Positions 40,744 to 50,341 are shown, counted from the stretch's first letter. The stretch is DNA of 64,000 nucleotides from Isosphaeraceae bacterium (GCA_965201075.1 CBDAVP010000016.1:434001-498000); one strand, 5' to 3'. Notes: a model not told the origin generated them from the sequence alone. Numbers and translations are program-made.

Positions 40744-41469
40744 ATGGCCAACGAAGACATTCAATCCCAGATCTCGACCGCCAACCTCACGGCCGCGGCA
40801 GGCGTGGGGGCTTCGGAAGCTTCGTCGGCTCCGCCCCTTCCCCCCGCCGACCCCGCGGACGATCATGCCCCCAACTCGCTCTATGGGCCCGCTGGCCCCC
40901 AGCCGCATGGCATTGAGCAAGCCGCCTCGTCAATGGAGGATGCCGAGGGACTTGGGGTTTCCGGCGAGAAGATCATGTGGCAGGGGCGCTATTCCCTGCG
41001 GAATTTCGCCGGACGATTCGTGCTCGTTGCCGCCATCTCCATCCTTTGGCTGGTCTACACACTTCGCGCGAAGCCGTGGACCGACGGCGATAACAACGGG
41101 CCCTATCTCCTGTGGGTCCTGGCGGGAATCCTTGTGGCAGGCTTTCTCCTGGCCATGCTTCGTCGGGTTCTCCTGGCCCGCTTCGGCCATTTCTACCGGC
41201 TCACCAATCGCCGTTTGTTCGTCTCCACAGGCGTTTTCCGCCGACGAGAAGACCAGGTTGAATTACTGAGAGTCAAGGACGTCTTCCTGGATCAGACCTT
41301 TGGTCAGCGTTTACTGTCCATCGGCAAGGTGGTCGTGATGACCGAGGAACCGCATTTCCCCATGCTTAACCTGATCGGCGTGACTGATCCGAAATCCGTC
41401 ATGGACCTGGTATGGCACCATGCCCGGGCCGAGCGTGACGAACGTAGCACGAAAGTCGAAGCGCTTTGA
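40744..41469 (+). CDS. Membrane protein with a bacterial PH domain
   Basis: Two TM helices then YRLTNRRL..TGVF...ELLRVKDV.LDQTFGQRLLSIG. Confidence 0.85.
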   Translation: MANEDIQSQISTANLTAAAGVGASEASSAPPLPPADPADDHAPNSLYGPAGPQPHGIEQAASSMEDAEGLGVSGEKIMWQGRYSLRNFAGRFVLVAAISILWLVYTLRAKPWTDGDNNGPYLLWVLAGILVAGFLLAMLRRVLLARFGHFYRLTNRRLFVSTGVFRRREDQVELLRVKDVFLDQTFGQRLLSIGKVVVMTEEPHFPMLNLIGVTDPKSVMDLVWHHARAERDERSTKVEAL

Positions 41470-41548
41470 CCGGCGTCCCTTTCGTCGAGTCGCTTTCCGA
41501 TCCAAGACTGTTCCGACCCTTGATCCGTTTTCGCGGAGCCCCGAGCCG

Positions 41549-41872
41549 ATGCCCACCGTGACCGTTGACGGCGAAACGTCCTTCGCAGTGGAGCCTGGCC
41601 GCAAACTGGTCCTGGCAATCGAGGATGCCGGGATCGACATCCTCCACCGCTGCGGGGGCAACTCCCGCTGTACGACCTGCCGCGTCCAGGTTCTCTCCGG
41701 CGACCCGGGGCCGATGGGCGACGATGAGCGCGAGCGGCTGGCTCGCGAGGCGAGCCTCGGGCCCGACATCCGCCTGTCCTGCCAGGTCCGGGTGGAATCG
41801 GACCTCGCCGTCAACGTACTGCAACGCGCCGGGGCGACCGGAATGACTCCCGGGGCCCGGCCGCTCGACTGA
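41549..41872 (+). CDS. [2Fe-2S] ferredoxin (adrenodoxin-like)
   Basis: HRCGGNSRCTTCRV...RLSCQ. Confidence 0.9.
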   Translation: MPTVTVDGETSFAVEPGRKLVLAIEDAGIDILHRCGGNSRCTTCRVQVLSGDPGPMGDDERERLAREASLGPDIRLSCQVRVESDLAVNVLQRAGATGMTPGARPLD

Positions 41873-41889
41873 TTACGGTCGAGGAGGGC

Positions 41890-41953
41890 CACAGGGCTCC
41901 GCGATTTCTGTCCAGCGCTGGCACAGGGCTCCGCGACTTCCGTCCGGCGCTGG
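41890..41953. repeat. Tandem duplication of a 32-bp unit (2 copies, 3 mismatches)
   Basis: CACAGGGCTCCGCGATTTCTGTCCAGCGCTGG / CACAGGGCTCCGCGACTTCCGTCCGGCGCTGG. Confidence 0.85.
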
Positions 41954-41958
41954 ATTGA

Positions 41959-42081
41959 TTAGCCCTGGGACTCGCTGCACTTCTTGCAACGAGCAATGTG
42001 CTGGCGGACCATGCCGCCGCAACGCTTGCAACGACGGGTCTTCGCCTTGTGCCAACTCTTCTTGCGGGGTCGCAACGCCAC
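41959..42081 (-). CDS. 40-aa basic zinc-ribbon microprotein (CxxC-x10-CxxC), below the ORF-track size cutoff
   Basis: GAGGTG RBS, GTG start; MALRPRKKSWHKAKTRRCKRCGGMVRQHIARCKKCSESQG*; strongly GC3-biased codons. Confidence 0.78.
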   Translation of the reverse strand: MALRPRKKSWHKAKTRRCKRCGGMVRQHIARCKKCSESQG

Positions 42082-42439
42082 GGGACACCTCGACGGGGCT
42101 GGGTTGGCTATTCGCGGGATACGCCCGACGTCCAGGTCGGGAAGAGTCCCAATCTACCGAGACAGACGTCCCACCGCCAGGCAACTCGACGAATCGTTCA
42201 CTGAATGCCGGATCGTTCCATGCTCGGCGCGGCAACCCGGGCGTCTGACGGGATTCGCGGTCAAGGTCCTCAATGGGCCGGACCCTGACCGCTTTGAGAT
42301 CGGCGAGGTCGGTTTTGCGGTTGGGAAGTCGTTGCCTCGCCCGATCGCCATGATGGCCGCCCTCCCTGAGCACTCCGTGACTGCCCTTCGATTCAAATGG
42401 TCGGAATTCCCGCGGCGTCATGGAAAAGGGCCTTCGGTA

Positions 42440-44179
42440 TCACAGGCGAGGGGCCGCCGGCCTCCTCGGCGCCTCGAACGGTGGCGTCCCTCTGGGTCGG
42501 ACCTTTCGCCGATAAACCTTGTCATTGGCGGTGACGAACAAGGTGCGGAAGTCAGCGCCCCCGAAGCAGAGGTTCGACGCCTTGCCGTTGGGCGTCGGGA
42601 GGATGACATTGACTCGCCCCGCCTGGTCACAGACCTGGACCCCCATCCTCGTCGCCACGTAAACCCGGCCATCATCATCGACCCGCATCCCGTCGCCTCC
42701 CGCGTCGTCGGCCGAGTCGGGGGTGTGGAGTCGGAAGAACTTTTGCTTGTCAGTCAGTGAACCATCGGGCTGAACCCGGTAGGCATAAACCCAATGACTC
42801 CTGGCGTCGGAGACATAAAGCTGGGTCTGGTCGGGGGAAAGGGCGACCCCGTTGGGATACTTCAACCCGCTGTCGACAACCCGCTTCGACCCGTCCCGGG
42901 CGATGTACCAGACCTTGTTTTCCTCCGGCTTGGGGTCGCCGGGGTTGGTGACGTAAAGGCCGCCTTCGTGGTTGACCACCACGTCATTGCCCCGAATCCC
43001 CTCGGCGACCATCGAAACCTTCTCCTCGGCGTCGTGGACCAAAATCTGGCTGGTCTCGGTGGCGACGGCGAACCGCCGGCCGTCGGGACCGAACGCCTGA
43101 CCATTGGTGCGCTTGGTGTCGGTCGAGAGCGGCGTGACCTTGCCGTCGAGGTCGATCCGGAACGCCTTGCTTTCGGGGATGTCGGCGAAGACCACCTCCC
43201 CCTTCGCGTCGGCGGCGGGCCCCTCGGTGAAGGTGTGCCCCTCGGAGACGAGTTGCCATCCCTCTCCGGGGATCAAAATGTCTCGCAAAGGCCCCGAGCC
43301 CTCACTGACCTTGATCGCCTCGGGCCAGCCTTTCCACAGCCAGCGCATTGCTGGTGGAAAGACCTCGGTCGCGTGCTTGCCGTCGTGACCCCCTTCGCCC
43401 CAGTCGTGGTCGACCTCATACCCCGCGAACGTCAACGCCCGTTCCATCTCCTGGTTGGCCATCCACCAGTCGCCGCCGTAGATGTTCAGGTCGCCGGAAC
43501 CGTCCTGGAGAAAGACTCGCAACGGCTTCGGCTCAACCTTGCGGATCAACGTCGGATACTCATTCCCGCCCCGCAGCCCAACATAGGTGCCGATCCCGCT
43601 GAACACCCGCCGGAAGGCGTCGGGTCGCTCCCAGGCCGCCGTGAACGCGCAGATCGCCCCGCTGCTGAGGCCGCCAATGCTTCGGTCGTTGCCCTCCCGG
43701 GACAGATGGATCGGTCGCCCGTCGGCGGCGACCTTCGACTCGACGTCCGGCAACAATTCCTCCAGCAGGAACCGGGCGTAGGCGTCTCCCAGGCCGTCGT
43801 ACTCGAAGCTCCGATTGAACCGAGGCAGGGCCTGGTCCGACGCCGCCTCGACCCGTCCCGGCTGGACGAACACGCCAATGACCGGCGGGATTTCCCCATT
43901 GTGAATCAACTCATCCAGGACCGCCGGGGCGTTGAGCTGAACCCCATCCTGGTGGACGTGGAGGCACGCCGGCGTCTTGGGGTCGTACTGTTTGGGGATG
44001 TACAACCAGTAGTCGCGGGTCGTTCCCGGGAAGATGGTGCTTTTGGAGAAGGTGTATTGCGTAACTTCACCCCGAGGGGTCGTCGGCGAGGCAGGCTCCT
44101 CCGCGACCGCCCGGACGCCCAGGCCCAGCGCCGTCAGGGTCGCGAGGAGGACGGGAAGCGGCCAGGTCGGTCGGGTCAT
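42440..44179 (-). CDS. Secreted esterase + SMP-30/gluconolactonase fusion protein
   Basis: Signal peptide; GLSSGA nucleophile motif; FTEGPAAD, YPNGVALSPD, GGDGMRVD, SNLCFGG. Confidence 0.9.
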   Translation of the reverse strand: MTRPTWPLPVLLATLTALGLGVRAVAEEPASPTTPRGEVTQYTFSKSTIFPGTTRDYWLYIPKQYDPKTPACLHVHQDGVQLNAPAVLDELIHNGEIPPVIGVFVQPGRVEAASDQALPRFNRSFEYDGLGDAYARFLLEELLPDVESKVAADGRPIHLSREGNDRSIGGLSSGAICAFTAAWERPDAFRRVFSGIGTYVGLRGGNEYPTLIRKVEPKPLRVFLQDGSGDLNIYGGDWWMANQEMERALTFAGYEVDHDWGEGGHDGKHATEVFPPAMRWLWKGWPEAIKVSEGSGPLRDILIPGEGWQLVSEGHTFTEGPAADAKGEVVFADIPESKAFRIDLDGKVTPLSTDTKRTNGQAFGPDGRRFAVATETSQILVHDAEEKVSMVAEGIRGNDVVVNHEGGLYVTNPGDPKPEENKVWYIARDGSKRVVDSGLKYPNGVALSPDQTQLYVSDARSHWVYAYRVQPDGSLTDKQKFFRLHTPDSADDAGGDGMRVDDDGRVYVATRMGVQVCDQAGRVNVILPTPNGKASNLCFGGADFRTLFVTANDKVYRRKVRPRGTPPFEAPRRPAAPRL

Positions 44180-44377
44180 GGTCGAGCCTCGCGGAGTCGT
44201 GGGCAGGGTCGATGCGCACAAGATCGACCGCAGAGTCTAGCCCAGCCCCGCAGGGCCAGCCACGACCCCGAATCCGTGTTTGAAGGCGCTTGACAACGGT
44301 CTACTGTCCTTGTATCCAGTATCTTTCGTCCGAGGGCCGGCGATCGGCTCGCCCTCCCGACCCACCCGAGCCAAGCG

Positions 44378-45541
44378 ATGCCGAGGAAATCGAGTCCCCC
44401 TCCGCCGGCGGTCGAGCGAAACGGGCGAGCCGCCTCGGCCTCGCCCAAACTCCCATCACTAAACACGTTGCGCACGGAGATCGACCGCATCGACCGGGAC
44501 CTGGTGGCCCTGTTCAATCGCCGCTCCGAGGTGTCCTCCGAGATTGGCCGGGTCAAGGCTCGTCAGGGGTTGGAAGTCTGGTCGCCCGCCCGTGAGGAAG
44601 AGGTCCTGGAGAAGGTCCAGGCCGCCAGCAAGGGGCCGATGCCGGCGGAATCGTTGCGGGTCATCTTCCGGGAACTGATGAGCAGCAGTCGCGCCCTGCA
44701 ACTCCCCTTGCGAATCGCTTGTCTCGGGCCCAAATACAGTTACAGCCACCTGGCGGCGGTCTCGAAATTCGGCGTGGCGGTCGAGCACGTCCCCGTCGGG
44801 TCGATCGCCGCGGTCTTCGAGGAGGTCAACCGCCGTCACGTCCAGTTCGGCCTGGTGCCGTTGGAAAACTCCACCGATGGCCGCGTCGCCGACACCCTGG
44901 AGATGTTCACCCGCCACGCCGGCCTGAAAATTCGCGCTGAGGTCCGACTACGGATTCACCACTGCCTCCTGGGCCGCTGTGAGTGGGGTGAGGTCCGCCA
45001 GGTTTATTCCAAGGCCCAGGCGCTTTCCCAATGCCGCCACTGGCTGGGGAAGAATTTGCCTCAGGCGCGGGTGATTCCGGTGACCTCGACCGCCGCCGCC
45101 GCCGAGATGGCGCAGCAGCAAGAGTTCGCCGCCGCCGTCGCCAGCCGCCCCGCCGCCGAGGCGTATGGGCTCAAGGTTCTGGCCGAGAATATCGAGGATC
45201 AGCCCCGCAACATCACCCGATTCGCCGTCATCGCCGAACAGGGCGAGGCCCGCACCGGCAAGGACAAAACCACCTTGCTCATCCGCATGACCAACGACCC
45301 GGGCAGCCTCGTCAAGGTCATCCTCCCCTTTGAAAAGGCGGGCCTCAACCTCACCATGATCGAATCCTTCCCCGCCGCCGACGCCGCCCCCGCGTCCGAA
45401 CAGTCCTACCTGTTCTTCCTGGATTGCGAAGGTCACGCCGAGGACGACGCCCTGTCCAAAACGCTGGATGTGGTCCGCAAGCGTTGTGAGCGTCTGGACG
45501 TTTTGGGGTCCTATCCGCGAAGCTCCTTCAGCGAGGGTTGA
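44378..45541 (+). CDS. pheA: Bifunctional chorismate mutase/prephenate dehydratase
   Basis: LRTEIDRID...PAREEEV chorismate mutase; LGPKYSYS, PLENSTDG, NITRF; ACT domain IES..FFLD; TTGACA at 44290 upstream. Confidence 0.95.
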   Translation: MPRKSSPPPPAVERNGRAASASPKLPSLNTLRTEIDRIDRDLVALFNRRSEVSSEIGRVKARQGLEVWSPAREEEVLEKVQAASKGPMPAESLRVIFRELMSSSRALQLPLRIACLGPKYSYSHLAAVSKFGVAVEHVPVGSIAAVFEEVNRRHVQFGLVPLENSTDGRVADTLEMFTRHAGLKIRAEVRLRIHHCLLGRCEWGEVRQVYSKAQALSQCRHWLGKNLPQARVIPVTSTAAAAEMAQQQEFAAAVASRPAAEAYGLKVLAENIEDQPRNITRFAVIAEQGEARTGKDKTTLLIRMTNDPGSLVKVILPFEKAGLNLTMIESFPAADAAPASEQSYLFFLDCEGHAEDDALSKTLDVVRKRCERLDVLGSYPRSSFSEG

Positions 45542-45648
45542 TCGCCGGCCAGAGTCTCCTTGCGATGCTTGCGAGCCGGAGGCGATTCGGGGACGATGGA
45601 CCTCCTGGGGAGTGATTGGGTCCGCACGGTTTGGGACGGGGGGCTTGG

Positions 45649-46821
45649 GTGGAGCGCTCGTCGAAGGCCGTCACGACGTCGGTGGTGGTCCTGGCCGTTC
45701 TGGGCTCGATGGCCGCGCTTTCCCTCATGAAGGCCATTCTGATCCCGGTTTCGCTGGCGCTTTTGCTGGCGTGCCTGCTGGGACCGGCGATTACCGGGCT
45801 CAGGCGCATTCTGCCGCTGGGAGCCACGGGAGCGGCGGTGGTTTTGTTCCTGCTTCTGGTGATGGTGGGGCTTTACCTGGCCAGTCTGACCGCCGAAAAT
45901 CTCGTGAAAATGGCCGACACCCTGCCCAGCGACGCCGAACGTCTGGCCGGACGGCTCAGTGAGCGGGTGGCCGACGCCGTGCGAGCCCACCCCCAACTCC
46001 GGGGGATCTTGCCCGACCCCAAGACGATTGACCAGTTGGGTTTCAGCAACGCCCAACTGATCGCCAACCTCCGCGTCTACCGGGCCGACATCACCGGCTG
46101 GGTGGCCCAGGGATTCATTATCCTGATCCTGGTCCTGTTCCTGCTGGCCGAGAGCGAGATGCTGGCCCCCAAGGCGGTAAGGTTCTTCACCCCCGCCCCC
46201 GGAGAGGCGCACGCCGCCCAGGAAACCTTGCGCACCCTGACTCGTCAGGTCCGCGCCTACCTCGCCGCCCGCACCTTGATCAACCTGGGGATGGGTCTGA
46301 TCCTGGCCGTGGCGTTCAAGATCGAGGGGCTCAACTTCTCGCTGGCCCTGGGCTTGTTCGCCGCTGTCACCAATTACGTTCCTTACGTCGGGCAGGTGCT
46401 CGGCGGCGGCGCGGCGGTTCTGGTGGCGCTGGGTCAGTTCGAAACGCTGGGGGATGCCTTGATCGTGGCGGCGATCTTCCTGGCGGTGGTCACGGTCGAA
46501 GGGTATGTCGTGACCCCCTATGTGATGGGCCGGTCGCTGGACCTCAACGGCACGACGGTCTTGATCGCCTGCCTCTTCTGGGGGTTTCTCTGGGGACTGG
46601 TCGGCCTGGTGTTGGCGATGCCGATCACCGTTTCGATGAAGCTGGTCTTCCAGCACGTCCCGGAACTCCACCGCTGGGCGGAACTGATGAGCCGCGACTG
46701 GCAACCGCCGCCGCTGATCCCTCTCACGCCACCGACCGACTCCGACGACGCCCTCGACCCGATTCCCTCGCCAACGGCCGTCACCCCCGCGGCCGCCACT
46801 CCGGCCCGGGCACGGGTTTGA
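45649..46821 (+). CDS. AI-2E family (PerM/TqsA-like) transporter
   Basis: Multi-TM protein; NYVPYVG, EGYVVTPYVMG, FWGFLWGLVGLVLAMP; start uncertain. Confidence 0.9.
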   Translation: MERSSKAVTTSVVVLAVLGSMAALSLMKAILIPVSLALLLACLLGPAITGLRRILPLGATGAAVVLFLLLVMVGLYLASLTAENLVKMADTLPSDAERLAGRLSERVADAVRAHPQLRGILPDPKTIDQLGFSNAQLIANLRVYRADITGWVAQGFIILILVLFLLAESEMLAPKAVRFFTPAPGEAHAAQETLRTLTRQVRAYLAARTLINLGMGLILAVAFKIEGLNFSLALGLFAAVTNYVPYVGQVLGGGAAVLVALGQFETLGDALIVAAIFLAVVTVEGYVVTPYVMGRSLDLNGTTVLIACLFWGFLWGLVGLVLAMPITVSMKLVFQHVPELHRWAELMSRDWQPPPLIPLTPPTDSDDALDPIPSPTAVTPAAATPARARV

Positions 46822-46845
46822 CTCGACGGACCGTACCGCTACGAT
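46818..46845 (+). promoter_or_regulatory. Sigma70 promoter for selD
   Basis: TTGACT-N16-TACGAT 65 nt upstream of the selD ATG. Confidence 0.55.
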
Positions 46846-46909
46846 GGGAAACACGGCCCGGGGCGATCGCCCAGGCCGGCTCCTCCGGCGAACGAGGACC
46901 AAACCGATC

Positions 46910-47965
46910 ATGGGCACTCCCCCCCGACGGCTGACCTCGTTCGCCAACTGCGCCGGTTGCGCGGGGAAAATCTCGCTCACGGCGATCTCGGAGTTGCTCA
47001 AGCTCCTGCCACCTCGCCCGGCCGACCCCAATCTGATTGTCGGCACGGAAACCGCCGACGACGCCGGGGTTTACCGCATCGGCGAGAACCTGGCTCTGGT
47101 CCAAACGGTCGACTTCTTCCCACCACTGCTCGACGACCCGTTCGCCTTCGGCCAGGTCGCGGCGGCCAACGCCCTGTCCGACGTCTACGCGATGAACGGC
47201 CGTCCTTTGACGGCCCTGAACCTCGTGGGCTTCCCCTACGACGACCTGCCGATGTCGGTTCTGGCCGAGATTCTGAGGGGAGCGGCCGACCGCGTCACCC
47301 TGGCCGGCGCTGTCACGCTGGGCGGGCACTCGATCCGCGACAATGAGGTCAAGTTTGGTCTCAGTGTCACCGGCCTGGTCGAACCCTCGGCCGTCTTGAC
47401 GAACGCCGGCGCGCGGGTCGGCGACGTCCTGGTCCTGACCAAGCCCCTGGGCACCGGCTTCCTCACGACCGCGGCGAAAAACGAGGCCTGCCCGGCCGAG
47501 GTTCTCGACAACGCGATAGCCAGCATGATCCAGCTCAACGCCGTCGGCCGAGACGCCCTGAACGCCGCCGGGGGGGCCCACGCGCTGACCGACGTCACCG
47601 GCTACGGCCTCGCCGGCCACGCCTCCGAGATGGCCCAGGGCTCGGGCCTGACTTTGGTCCTCGACACCCACGCCCTGCCGATCCTCGAAGGCGCCGAGGC
47701 CCTGGCGACGCCGAAAAATCAGTCGCGGGCGTTCGGCACGAATCGCGACTTCCTGGCCGACCGCGTCGAGATTCGGCCGACCGCCCGGCCCCTCGGTGTC
47801 GACTTCTGCCACGACCCTCAAACCTCCGGCGGCCTCCTCATCGCCATCGACCCGGCCCACGTCGACCGCCTCCTCGTCGAACTTCGAGAGCGACGGGCGA
47901 AGGCCTCGGCGGTCATCGGCAGGGTCGAGGCTCGCCGAGGCTCCATCGCCGTGGTCCTCTCCTGA
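46910..47965 (+). CDS. selD: Selenide, water dikinase (Cys form)
   Basis: CAGCAGK, DDAGVY, QTVDFFPP, AANALSDVYAM, GGHSI, LTKPLGTG, TDVTGYGL, DPQTSGGLL. Confidence 0.96.
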   Translation: MGTPPRRLTSFANCAGCAGKISLTAISELLKLLPPRPADPNLIVGTETADDAGVYRIGENLALVQTVDFFPPLLDDPFAFGQVAAANALSDVYAMNGRPLTALNLVGFPYDDLPMSVLAEILRGAADRVTLAGAVTLGGHSIRDNEVKFGLSVTGLVEPSAVLTNAGARVGDVLVLTKPLGTGFLTTAAKNEACPAEVLDNAIASMIQLNAVGRDALNAAGGAHALTDVTGYGLAGHASEMAQGSGLTLVLDTHALPILEGAEALATPKNQSRAFGTNRDFLADRVEIRPTARPLGVDFCHDPQTSGGLLIAIDPAHVDRLLVELRERRAKASAVIGRVEARRGSIAVVLS

Positions 47966-47983
47966 CCCTCCCGGAGGTTCCCC

Positions 47984-48661
47984 ATGCTGGCCGCCCCTTG
48001 CCTGATCCTCGGACTTCTGATTTCCGCCCAGGCGCCTCCCGCCGGGGTTGAGATCGACAGCGCTCAGGGGGAAATCCGCTTTCCGGCCAAGGTGAACCAC
48101 CCGGTCGGCAAACCTTGCATCGACGCCTGGGGCCAGCGCATCCAGGCGTTCATCGGCTGCCAGCAGGCTGGCGGCAAGCCGACCCAGTTCGCCGACCACT
48201 TCGTCTTCCTTGCCGGGGTCGACGTTGACGACGTCTATCAAGGGCTGACCGAGGCCGGCGCCAACGTCAAATCCCACGTCTCCCGGGCCGAGGGACGCAA
48301 GGTCGCCGGCAAGCAGTTCCTCGACGGGGACGAGGTCGCCATCTTCGTCAGTTGGCAGGAAAACGGCCGCAAGGTCGAGCGTCCCTATGAGTCATTCGTC
48401 CAGGAGCGAGTCACCATCAACGGCAAGGACGTGGTCCGTCCCTGGACGCCTCACTGGGTCTTCCACGGCAGCGGCGCGATTCACAAGGAAGGGACCGGCT
48501 GCGTCGCCTGCCCGTGCGACTGTCCGGGCGGCCTGATCGCCGACAACCGCAACCCCATCTACGAACCCAAGCCGACCGTCCGGTTCGATCTCTCCAATGC
48601 GCCCCCCGAGGGAACGCCGGTCGTCATCCGCATCCGTCGGGTCGCGAACCCTCGTCCTTGA
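47984..48661 (+). CDS. Secreted Cys-rich YdjY-like protein
   Basis: GGAGG RBS 18 nt after selD; signal peptide; TGCVACPCDCPGGLI resembles the YdjY motif TGCLVCLDSCPVGIV (recalled from memory); C-terminal PPEGTPVVIRI. Confidence 0.72.
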   Translation: MLAAPCLILGLLISAQAPPAGVEIDSAQGEIRFPAKVNHPVGKPCIDAWGQRIQAFIGCQQAGGKPTQFADHFVFLAGVDVDDVYQGLTEAGANVKSHVSRAEGRKVAGKQFLDGDEVAIFVSWQENGRKVERPYESFVQERVTINGKDVVRPWTPHWVFHGSGAIHKEGTGCVACPCDCPGGLIADNRNPIYEPKPTVRFDLSNAPPEGTPVVIRIRRVANPRP

Positions 48662-48665
48662 ACAC

Positions 48666-49652
48666 TCAGGACGCGGTCGGCCCGCGGACTGCTTCGGATC
48701 GTTGGTCGTCCAAAACGTCGGCCAAGATCTGGCCGAGGTCTCGCGTCGGCCGATAACCGATGAGGCTGTCGATTTTCGACAGGTCCGGCACCCGCCTCAA
48801 CATGTCCTCGAACCCGGCCGCGTAGGCTTCGCTGTAAGGGACCAGTCGGATTTCACTCCGACGGCCGGTCAGGTCGACGACCCGCCGGGCAAGTTCGCCA
48901 ATCGTCACTTCCTCGTCGTTGCCCACATTGTAGACCCCGCCGCGGGCCTCGGGAGTCGCGAGGAGTTTCACCAACGCGACGACGACGTCCGCGACGTGGG
49001 CGAAGCAACGCGACTGGTTGCCGTCGCCGTAAACCGTCAAGGGCTCCCCCGCCAACCCCTGGGCGACGAACCGGGGGACAACCATCCCGTACCGCCCCGT
49101 CTGCCTCGGCCCCACCGTGTTGAACAGCCGGGCGACGACGACCGGCAGCCTCGCCTGGTGCCAGTACGCCTGGGCCAGGAACTCGTCCAGGGCCTTGGCG
49201 CAGGCGTAGGCCCATCGACGGGTGGTCGTCGGGCCCATCACGCAGTCGTCCCCCTCGGCGAAGGGGACCTTGACTCCCTTGCCGTAAACCTCGCTGGTCG
49301 AGGTGATCAGGATCGGCCGACGATACCGGGCGCACGCCTTGAGGACGACCTCGGTGCCGCCGACGATCGTCTCGATCGTGCGGACCGGCTCGTCGACCAC
49401 GAGCTTGACCCCCACCGCGCTGGCCAGGTGGAAGACCGCATGGCACTCGGTCACGCAGCGGCCAACCGCCTCGGGCTCGGTGACACTGGCCACTCGTAGC
49501 TCGAAGTCGGGCCGACCTTCCAGGTGCGCGACATTCTCGAACCGGCCGGTGCTCAGGTCGTCGAGCACCAGGGCCTGATGCCCCTCGGCGAGCAATCGCT
49601 CGACCAGATGGCTGCCGATGAACCCCGCGCCGCCGGTCACCAGGTAACGCAT
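48666..49652 (-). CDS. NAD-dependent nucleotide-sugar epimerase/dehydratase
   Basis: VTGGAGFIGSHL, STSEVYG, YACAK, RLFNTVGPR. Confidence 0.93.
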   Translation of the reverse strand: MRYLVTGGAGFIGSHLVERLLAEGHQALVLDDLSTGRFENVAHLEGRPDFELRVASVTEPEAVGRCVTECHAVFHLASAVGVKLVVDEPVRTIETIVGGTEVVLKACARYRRPILITSTSEVYGKGVKVPFAEGDDCVMGPTTTRRWAYACAKALDEFLAQAYWHQARLPVVVARLFNTVGPRQTGRYGMVVPRFVAQGLAGEPLTVYGDGNQSRCFAHVADVVVALVKLLATPEARGGVYNVGNDEEVTIGELARRVVDLTGRRSEIRLVPYSEAYAAGFEDMLRRVPDLSKIDSLIGYRPTRDLGQILADVLDDQRSEAVRGPTAS

Positions 49653-49723
49653 CCGCGAGATCCACTCCAGGCTCGGACCGGCGCCGGGCGAAAGAACTCA
49701 CCCGGCGGCGGTCTTCGGTTCGA

Positions 49724-50323
49724 TCAATCCTGATCCAGTGAGACGTTCCAGTAAGCCTCACTCAGGAATCGCGACCAACTTTCGATCCGCATCCCGTGAG
49801 AGGCATACAGCGGCTTCCACGCCGGCCGAACCGGCACCTTCCGGAGCTTCATCCGCGCCTGTTCGGGGGTCCGGTTCGCCTTGCGGGCATTACACGGAAC
49901 GCACGCCAAAGCACAGTTCTCCCAGGTGGACAGGCCGCCCTGGGCCCTTGGGAGGACGTGGTCGATCGTCAGTTCCGAGGTTCCCGGCTTGATCCCGCAG
50001 TACTGACAGGTCGCGTGGTCACGCTTGAACAGGTTCCGGCGGCTGAAGGTGACGACCGACTCCCGCGAGCGGTCGTAATACTTCAAGGTCAGCACCTCGG
50101 GAACCCGCAGCGACTCGCGGCTGGTGCGCAGAAACGGCTCGCCGGCTCGGGGCTTGAGCTGGGCCCAGTCGGCCCAGGTATACAGGCGGAAGTCGTCGGG
50201 GTCGACCACCTGCGCCGAATCGTTCCAGAGCATGGTCAGCGAACGCGCCACGGTCGCGACGTTGACCGGCTGCCAGTTACGGTTCAGGACCAGGGTCGGA
50301 CGTTCCAGGACCGAGCTTTGCAT
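49724..50323 (-). CDS. HNH endonuclease (McrA-like)
   Basis: TLVLNRNWQP, RD..CQYCG, TIDHVLPRAQGG..TWEN..LACVPCN.RK; GGGAGG RBS. Confidence 0.93.
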   Translation of the reverse strand: MQSSVLERPTLVLNRNWQPVNVATVARSLTMLWNDSAQVVDPDDFRLYTWADWAQLKPRAGEPFLRTSRESLRVPEVLTLKYYDRSRESVVTFSRRNLFKRDHATCQYCGIKPGTSELTIDHVLPRAQGGLSTWENCALACVPCNARKANRTPEQARMKLRKVPVRPAWKPLYASHGMRIESWSRFLSEAYWNVSLDQD

Positions 50324-50341
50324 CGAGGCCTCCCGAGACGT

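Noticed and set aside
41890..41953. CRISPR array
   Set aside because: Only two adjacent copies, no spacer and no cas genes
41873..42421. 182-aa minus-strand ORF
   Set aside because: No recognisable motifs; the 40-aa zinc-ribbon ORF in another frame has a better RBS, codon bias and motif
46910..47965. SelD as a selenoprotein
   Set aside because: Active-site codons are TGC (Cys); there is no in-frame TGA
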